Assembly: GCA_049520575.1 (NCBI GenBank)
Contig: JBEKPQ010000001.1
Location: 20,333-84,332 of the forward strand
Direction: 5' to 3'
From: Thermodesulfobacteriota bacterium
GTDB lineage: Bacteria; Desulfobacterota; RBG-13-43-22
DNA: 64,000 nt
The translations under genes were made by a program, and so were the position numbers. The notes below the pieces were generated by a model. The model saw only the letters and a list, made by a program, of their open reading frames with translations, was not told where the DNA came from and did no database searches. Positions within the stretch are counted from its first letter, which is position 1. Each line of letters starts with the position of its first letter. This document shows positions 57,904 through 64,000 of this stretch, piece by piece.

Positions 57904-59130
57904 TTACCCCGTTCGGGCCATTTCCACAAAGGCCTCAATCTGTTTTTCGACTTGACTCGGTGCATAGCTGCGGGAATCGGTATGATCGGCCTCGATGATC
58001 AGGCCCGGTTTGCCGGTCAGCTCGGAAACTTTTTTTTTAAGATCGTACTGACCGAGGGAATAGGTCTTGCAACTCCGGTTGGAATGCATGATAAATCCAT
58101 TGGCCTGATACTGTTCCATTAAATCTACCATTTTAGCCACCTTGTGCTCCAATCCCAAATTGAGGTGAACCGAGGCATAAGACCGGGAAAGACTTTCCAG
58201 AGGATTATCCAGATCCAAAGGTTTTAAGGTCCAGGCAGAGGTATAGGTATCGGCCACCAGGACAGCCCCGTGTTTGGCCAGGAGTTGAGATAAGTTTCGG
58301 ATGTCGTACCAGATGGGGATATTATCCCAGATCAGCCGGATATCTTCCCGGGCAAAGGCCCCCTGCCCTTTTTTCACCCTCTCTTCGAGTTCTTTTTTCA
58401 GTTTTCGATAATACCGGACGGCCCAGCCGGTCCCTCGCAAGGTGACAATCGGGGCCATATGGATAAAGGCATCAAAGGCGGCAAATGGGGCCGGATGGAT
58501 GCGGGAAAGTTCCAGGATCTCCTTCCACAAACCGACGGCCTCCACGGACCTGGCCGAAACCTTAAGAAAACGCTTTTCTGAAAAAGGACGTTTCATTATC
58601 CTTTCGAGGAAGGAGATATATTCTTCCATCTGCCTTCGGACATATTTTAAGGTGTGCTCTGTAAGTTCTTTATAAATAAAAGGGGTGTCCATGAAGAAAA
58701 GCGGCACCTGGAAATTTCTGGCCTGAATTTCATACCACTTGATGACCGTCCCGCAAATGTTATTGGCACAGACCAGAAAATCAGGTTTGGGCAGGACCCC
58801 GAGCGGACCTTTGCCACTCATGGAGCTGCCGATATCCAAACGGGCATAAGAGCAGAGATCCCGGGAATATCCCTGAGATTCGGCCGTCTCGCACAGGGAT
58901 ACCGCCATTTTACCGGCGCCGCACATGGCCCCGTAATTTTCCGGATAAAATGGAAGGACCCCCATGGCATAGAGGGGTTCCACCGGTCCGCCGCTGGTGA
59001 TCCAGGCCACTTTCTTCCCAAACCATTTGGGATTCTTGGCCATCAAATAATAGCCCTTCATCAGACGGCGATAGGCTTTGACGGACTCGATTTCACGATA
59101 GGATTTTTGGGCTGTTGCTTCTGCTGCCAT
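57904..59130 (-). CDS. 2-hydroxyacyl-CoA dehydratase / benzoyl-CoA reductase family subunit
   Basis: YPEN, AE..GYSRDLCSYAR, PKPD, NNIC, H..RSCK, EAD..D.R. Confidence 0.88.
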   Translation of the reverse strand: MAAEATAQKSYREIESVKAYRRLMKGYYLMAKNPKWFGKKVAWITSGGPVEPLYAMGVLPFYPENYGAMCGAGKMAVSLCETAESQGYSRDLCSYARLDIGSSMSGKGPLGVLPKPDFLVCANNICGTVIKWYEIQARNFQVPLFFMDTPFIYKELTEHTLKYVRRQMEEYISFLERIMKRPFSEKRFLKVSARSVEAVGLWKEILELSRIHPAPFAAFDAFIHMAPIVTLRGTGWAVRYYRKLKKELEERVKKGQGAFAREDIRLIWDNIPIWYDIRNLSQLLAKHGAVLVADTYTSAWTLKPLDLDNPLESLSRSYASVHLNLGLEHKVAKMVDLMEQYQANGFIMHSNRSCKTYSLGQYDLKKKVSELTGKPGLIIEADHTDSRSYAPSQVEKQIEAFVEMARTG

Positions 59131-59154
59131 GTTTTTCCTTGTACCTTATGCCTG

Positions 59155-60288
59155 TCAGCTTAGCATTTCCACAAAAGCCTGCAACCTGATTTTCATCTGT
59201 TCCCTGGACTGAGAAGGATCTTCGATCTCCAATAATAACGTGGGGAACCCCCTGGTTTCCAGATATTTTTTTAAATCCGGGTAATCGAAATAATAGGGCT
59301 CACAGTATTTATAGAAAAGGAAAACGACTCCTCTGGCTCCTGATTCCTGGACCTCCTTTAAAAGAATCTCCTGATGGTCCAGGGTTCCCTGGTGCTTTGT
59401 CGGACAGAAATAAGTGGTAAAATAACGGTCGACCAGTGCCTCCAGGGGATCTTTACCTTCCTGGACGTCCAGACGAAGTATACGCCCTCCGCTGCAAAGA
59501 TCATCGTGGACAATATTGGCCCCGGCCTCTTCAATCAAAGAAAACCAATCGGCAGAATGGACGAGGTTCCCGGAGAGATAAAGAGGCACCCCAGCGGTCT
59601 TACCTTCGGACTGCTTCGGTAATAACTCCAAGAATCGGGTCAGCATCTGGAGATATTGTTCCCGATCCATCAGGTATCCGGCCCGGACAACTTGGGCCAT
59701 CACCTTACCGGAAAGGCGCCCTGGATCAAGACGCATTATGTCATATAAGTTTCGAAGTTGCTCCCGAATTCCATTAAAAAGCCGGTTGGCCCTTTGCAAA
59801 CTCTCCGGAGAGATCTTCCCCAGCCTCTTTTCCAGAGCCGTCTTAAGACCTTCCAACTCGGTTTTAAAAAAATCTCTGGCCAACGGAGAATTCAAACGCG
59901 TGGGAACCTTCAGGTTGAACTGAAAGGCCAGGCGCCCTTGAAGGGCCCAGATATCGGCCAAGCCTTTCATGGAGTCGCAGCTCTGGCTGAAAACGATACC
60001 CTGCAGAAAATCCAATTCCCCCCGGAGATAGCTTTCCAAAGAGGATTTCACCAGGTGACAGCAAAAGGCCTGCAGATGGGCCTGGGCATGGGATATTTTA
60101 ACCGGCAGTCCTATCAGCCGGATGGGGATAGCCCCCCCAGCCTGAAGGAGTTCTTCCGGGACGTATGGGCAGAAAAAACCAATAGGCATCCGCCCCCAAG
60201 GAAGATGGGAGGCGATTTCCGAATAGCCCCATGAGGCTATCTCCTCTACCTCTCTAATAAGATTTAAAAATGGGGGGTCTTGAGTCAA
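59155..60288 (-). CDS. 2-hydroxyacyl-CoA dehydratase family second subunit
   Basis: GFFCPYVPEEL..A.G, CC..VK, SCD, DDLCSG.R, KYCEP..FD, RLQAF.EM; TTG start after AAGGA. Confidence 0.88.
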   Translation of the reverse strand: MTQDPPFLNLIREVEEIASWGYSEIASHLPWGRMPIGFFCPYVPEELLQAGGAIPIRLIGLPVKISHAQAHLQAFCCHLVKSSLESYLRGELDFLQGIVFSQSCDSMKGLADIWALQGRLAFQFNLKVPTRLNSPLARDFFKTELEGLKTALEKRLGKISPESLQRANRLFNGIREQLRNLYDIMRLDPGRLSGKVMAQVVRAGYLMDREQYLQMLTRFLELLPKQSEGKTAGVPLYLSGNLVHSADWFSLIEEAGANIVHDDLCSGGRILRLDVQEGKDPLEALVDRYFTTYFCPTKHQGTLDHQEILLKEVQESGARGVVFLFYKYCEPYYFDYPDLKKYLETRGFPTLLLEIEDPSQSREQMKIRLQAFVEMLS

Positions 60289-60301
60289 TTGGTCCTTATT
60301 A

Positions 60302-60428
60302 ACAGGTCGCTGAAAAAGGCCCATCTACTGCGTTGCCCTTATCCCTCGTCATTGCGGCGTACTTCTATGTACGTCTCATTCCTAGGGATTGCGGGCGCCT
60401 TGTATCTGGACCTTTTTGAGCAACCTGT
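60302..60428 (+). mobile_element. MITE-like element without hairpin inserts
   Basis: acaggtcgctgaaaaagg ... cctttttgagcaacctgt inverted termini. Confidence 0.78.
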
Positions 60429-60655
60429 AAAAAAAGCTTTTCCTCATCCAGTTAATTATCTCATGAAATTTAAATACCGCCTGTCTTGAAAAATATAAGA
60501 AAAGGCTTTAAGGGTCAAGGAAAATGAATCCAAGAACAAGAAAAAGAGAACCTGGGGGGCTTGCAATTCTTTTTCAAAGCTGCCATGATAGACTATAAAA
60601 CCTCGGAAAATCACTTATACTGATCTTTGGTCGATTGACAGGGAGAAAATTTCTG

Positions 60656-60982
60656 ATGAAGATCCAATTCAAGATATGGTTGGAAAAGGATAAACGGGTT
60701 CTTTTTGGAGAAGGCCGAAATCAGCTTCTCCAGGCCATTGAAGACTATGGGTCCCTGGCCCAGGCGGCCAAAAAGATGAATATGTCCTATCGGGCGGCCT
60801 GGGGGCGGTTAAAGGCCTCCGAGGATCGATTGGGCTTCCTCTTGGCTGAAAAGGATACCGAACAGGGGAAAAAGGGGGGGCTGCGTTTGACTTCCCAAGG
60901 GAAGGCCCTCTTGGATCAATATAAAAACATCCATCAGTCCGTGGAATCACTGGTGGGAGAATTGGAACGGAAATTTTTTTAA
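60656..60982 (+). CDS. ModE-like winged-helix regulator (DNA-binding domain only)
   Basis: K.WLE....FGEGR..LL.AI...GSL..AAK.M.MSYR.AW. Confidence 0.88.
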   Translation: MKIQFKIWLEKDKRVLFGEGRNQLLQAIEDYGSLAQAAKKMNMSYRAAWGRLKASEDRLGFLLAEKDTEQGKKGGLRLTSQGKALLDQYKNIHQSVESLVGELERKFF

Positions 60983-60989
60983 GCAGAAG

Positions 60990-61469
60990 ATGGAAAACGG
61001 TCTGTCGGATCTGGAAAAAGTAATTATCCGGGAACTCACCGGGGATCTTCCTGCCACCGCTCAACCCTTTGCCCCAATCGCGCGACAATTGGGGATCTCT
61101 CAAAAGCACCTCTTGCAAATAATAAAAAAATTGAAGGATGAAGGATTCATCCGCCGGTTTGGAGCAACAATCAGGCACCGAAATTCAGGATTTTCGGCCA
61201 ACGCTATGGTGGTTTGGAGGATTCCCGAGGGGAAAATAGATGAAGTGGGCCGGACTATGGCTTCTTACAGAGAGGTGACCCATTGTTATCATCGCCGTCC
61301 TCAAGGCAATTGGAAGTATAATCTCTTCACCATGATCCATGGGGCAAGCGAAGAAAAATGTCGGCAGATAATCAAAAAGATTTCCCGGGCTACGGCCATG
61401 AACGATTATCAATTGCTCTTCAGCCGGAAAGAACTGAAGAAAACCACTATGAGGTATTTTAATGAATAA
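60990..61469 (+). CDS. ahbB: Siroheme decarboxylase subunit beta (AhbB/NirH-like)
   Basis: GDLP...PF..IA, IRRFGA..RH..SGF.ANAM, VTHCY.R, W.YNLFTMIH, ELKKT. Confidence 0.88.
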   Translation: MENGLSDLEKVIIRELTGDLPATAQPFAPIARQLGISQKHLLQIIKKLKDEGFIRRFGATIRHRNSGFSANAMVVWRIPEGKIDEVGRTMASYREVTHCYHRRPQGNWKYNLFTMIHGASEEKCRQIIKKISRATAMNDYQLLFSRKELKKTTMRYFNE

Positions 61470-62754
61470 TCCCTCACCGAAATCAGAAACCCTGTTTACA
61501 CGGGGCCAAACCGTAATTCCCGGTGGGGTTAACAGTCCGGTCCGGGCCGCTAAATCCGTCGGCACTATCCCTTTGTTTATCAGCCGGGCCGAAGGCTCGA
61601 AAATCTTTGATGTTGATGGGCATTCTTATATAGATTATGTGGGGTCCTGGGGACCCCTTATTCTGGGTCATGCCCATCCTCAGGTGGTGGAAGCCGTCAA
61701 GCGGGCAGCCGAAAAGGGAACAAGCTATGGCGCTCCGACCGAGGCGGAGATCGAACTGGCGGAAAGGATCGTGGCCTGTGTCCCTTCCATAGAGATGGTC
61801 CGACTGGTCACTTCCGGGACCGAGGCGACCATGAGTGCTGTCCGGCTGGCCAGGGCCTATACCAAACGTTCTTTGATCATCAAGTTCGACGGTTGTTATC
61901 ACGGACATGGAGACGGTTTTTTGATTAAGGCCGGTTCAGGGATAGCCACCTTGGGCATTCCCGGAAGCCCTGGCGTTCCTAGAGAGATTGCCTCCTTGAC
62001 GCTTTCCCTGCCTTATAATGATTTGGAAAAAGTTCGTCAGACCTTAAAGACAATGGGTGATCAAGTGGCTGCAGTGATTGTGGAACCGGTGGCCGGCAAT
62101 ATGGGTGTTGTCTTGCCCATACCTGGTTTTTTAGAAGGGCTGCGAGAAGAAACCCGCCGGTATCAATCTCTATTGATTTTTGATGAGGTCATAACCGGGT
62201 TTCGGGTGGCCCTCGGCGGGGCACAGGAACGCTTTCAAATAATGCCCGATTTGACCTGCCTGGGAAAGATCATCGGCGGCGGTCTGCCGGTCGGGGCTTA
62301 CGGCGGAAATAAAAAGATCATGTCCTTCATTGCCCCGGAAGGCCCGGTTTATCAGGCCGGAACCCTTTCCGGCAATCCTCTGGCCACGGCTGCCGGATTG
62401 GCCACTTTGAACGTCCTTTCTCAAAAAGGGATCTATGCGCAATTGGAAGAAAAGGCCGCCTTCTTTTTTGAAACACTGAATGTCCTGGCTCGATCCAGAG
62501 GGATTCCTTTGGTCATGACCCGTATGGGATCCATGGGCAGCCTCTTTTTTACCCAGGATGAAATTCGGGACTATGAAACGGTTCAAAAGGCCTCTTCGGA
62601 AATCTATGCCCGATTCTACCGGGAAATCCGTTCCAGGGGAGTCTATTTGGCCCCTTCGGCCTTTGAGGCCCTTTTTATTTCTTCAGCCCATTCTCAGGAA
62701 GATATGGAAAGAACGTTGGAAGCGACCGATGAGGTATTTGAATTATTGAAATAA
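61462..62754 (+). CDS. hemL: Glutamate-1-semialdehyde 2,1-aminomutase
   Basis: IPGGVNSPVRA, SWGP.ILGH, SGTEA.MSA.RLAR, FDEVITGFR, GKIIGGGLP, YQAGTLSGNP. Confidence 0.97.
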   Translation: MNNPSPKSETLFTRGQTVIPGGVNSPVRAAKSVGTIPLFISRAEGSKIFDVDGHSYIDYVGSWGPLILGHAHPQVVEAVKRAAEKGTSYGAPTEAEIELAERIVACVPSIEMVRLVTSGTEATMSAVRLARAYTKRSLIIKFDGCYHGHGDGFLIKAGSGIATLGIPGSPGVPREIASLTLSLPYNDLEKVRQTLKTMGDQVAAVIVEPVAGNMGVVLPIPGFLEGLREETRRYQSLLIFDEVITGFRVALGGAQERFQIMPDLTCLGKIIGGGLPVGAYGGNKKIMSFIAPEGPVYQAGTLSGNPLATAAGLATLNVLSQKGIYAQLEEKAAFFFETLNVLARSRGIPLVMTRMGSMGSLFFTQDEIRDYETVQKASSEIYARFYREIRSRGVYLAPSAFEALFISSAHSQEDMERTLEATDEVFELLK

Positions 62755-62758
62755 AAAA

Positions 62759-62847
62759 GGATTCAAGGGGTCGAGGATTACAGGGTTCAAGTGAAAAGCC
62801 TGGAAATAAAAACCCTGGAATCCTCGAATTCAGGAATCCTTGAATCC
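62759..62847. repeat. Inverted 8-mer array between convergent hemL and hbd (related arrays at 4845-4912, 8651-8722, 38244-38302, 56948-57047)
   Basis: ggattcaaggggtcgaggattacagggttcaag ... ccctggaatcctcgaattcaggaatccttgaatcc. Confidence 0.75.
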
Positions 62848-63707
62848 TATTTCTTGTGATCGTACCAGCCGGCGCCGGTCTTTCGGCCTAAACGATTAGC
62901 CCGGATCATGGTTTTAAGCAGGGTTGGGGCCACCCATTTATTCTCTTTATTTAATTCATTGTAAAAATAATCGGCCACGTTCTTGGCGATATCCAGACCG
63001 GTCAGGTCCATCAATTCAAAAGGTCCCATAGGGTAATTGAGCCCCAGTTTTACGGCCTTGTCCACGTCTTCCGGTGTGGCAATGCCTTCTTGAACGATGT
63101 TAATGGCCTCGATAAAGTGAGGGATCATGACCCGGTTGACTACAAATCCCGGAGAATCCTTCTTGACCTCTATCGTTTCCTTGCCCATCTTTTTAGCCAA
63201 ATCGGTGGTGATCTGGACGGTTTGATCGCTGGTCTGATAGGCCCGGATGACCTCCACCAAACGCATCAAAGGGACCGGATTAAAAAAATGCATACCCACC
63301 ACCTTGTCCGGCCGTTTCGTGGCCACGGCGATCTCGGTAATCGACATGGAGGAGGTGTTGGTGGCCAGAATGATCTCGGGTCGGCAAATCCCGTCCAACT
63401 CTTTAAAAACCGCTTTTTTTAAATTCAGGTCCTCGAGCACAGCCTCGATGACAAAATCCACATCCTTGAGGTCGGCCATCTTGGTAGTCCCTTTGATTCG
63501 GCCCAGGATCTCCTTTTTCTGGTCTTCGGTCATCTTACCCTTTTCAACACTCTTGCTTAAAAAACCGATGATATTTTTAAGGCCGTTTTCCACGAAACGT
63601 TCCTCTACATCCCTCATTACCACCGAACATCCGATCTGGGCCGCTATCTGGGCAAGCCCATTGCCCATAGCTCCTGCGCCGACCACTCCCATTTTTTTGA
63701 TCTCCAT
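62847..63707 (-). CDS. hbd: 3-hydroxybutyryl-CoA dehydrogenase
   Basis: GAGAMG.G, VIEAV.E, TNTSS.SIT, GMHFFNPV, PGFVVNR, PMGPF.L.D..GLD. Confidence 0.93.
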   Translation of the reverse strand: MEIKKMGVVGAGAMGNGLAQIAAQIGCSVVMRDVEERFVENGLKNIIGFLSKSVEKGKMTEDQKKEILGRIKGTTKMADLKDVDFVIEAVLEDLNLKKAVFKELDGICRPEIILATNTSSMSITEIAVATKRPDKVVGMHFFNPVPLMRLVEVIRAYQTSDQTVQITTDLAKKMGKETIEVKKDSPGFVVNRVMIPHFIEAINIVQEGIATPEDVDKAVKLGLNYPMGPFELMDLTGLDIAKNVADYFYNELNKENKWVAPTLLKTMIRANRLGRKTGAGWYDHKK

Positions 63708-63843
63708 AAACAACCTCCTCTTAAAATAATAATCAGAATTTTTATTTATTGATTACCTGCACCTTCTCTTCCTTTTTTGTCAATTCTGATCCATGGTCAA
63801 GATCTTCTTGACAGGAAGAACAAAATGCCATAAATTACATACT

Positions 63844-63987
63844 ATGGAAGAACAAAATCAAAAAACCAAACCCGATACCTCCCAGGACTGGATGATTATT
63901 TCCATTGTCTTTTGGATTGTCTTTGTCTTGATCGTCACCATCGGGTATCTGGTCAATCCCAATTATACCCCACCTATCAAACCATAG
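63844..63987 (+). CDS. Small single-TM protein
   Basis: MEEQNQ... with one hydrophobic helix; TTGACA-N17-TAAATT just upstream (63808-63836). Confidence 0.5.
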   Translation: MEEQNQKTKPDTSQDWMIISIVFWIVFVLIVTIGYLVNPNYTPPIKP

Positions 63988-64000
63988 ATTTCGGATTGTG

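Overview
Chromosomal window of an anaerobic Gram-negative bacterium; gene content and protein style suggest Desulfobacterota (Deltaproteobacteria), which is an inference. Left 15 kb: envelope/lipid A operon (lysS-lolC/E-lolD-bamA-skp-lpxD-fabZ-lpxA-lpxI-[gnnA-like pseudogene]-lpxB-msbA-GT2-DUF2304). Then: an Fsr-type MFS gene with a duplicated 3' end bracketing a RAYT transposase fragment and a lipoprotein; nfnAB; folE2; split purH; a NikR-regulated nickel ECF transporter with two visible operators; radC, rlmE, yebC-ruvCAB; an orphan ParA with a small coiled-coil partner; ldcA and a serine hydrolase; a perosamine-like/GT2/B12 radical SAM/gmd cluster; pgk; an AT-rich polyamine island (XRE-cupin regulator, ornithine decarboxylase, homospermidine synthase) abutting a decayed deoxyhypusine-synthase-like gene; a collagen-repeat lipoprotein; dsbC; a 2-hydroxyacyl-CoA dehydratase pair; ahbB-hemL; hbd. 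No rRNA, tRNA or CRISPR array was seen. Intergenic DNA carries several nested repeat families: a MITE-like element, a 21-bp REP-like hairpin that appears to insert into other repeats, and inverted 7/8-mer arrays. The strongest leads are the apparent in-situ replacement of a DHS-like gene by HSS+ODC, the nested hairpin/MITE/RAYT system, the apparently ATT-initiated lpxB beside a dead gnnA-like gene and an atypical LpxA, and the ParA-partner pair. All protein calls are by motif recognition by eye; no database searches were run.
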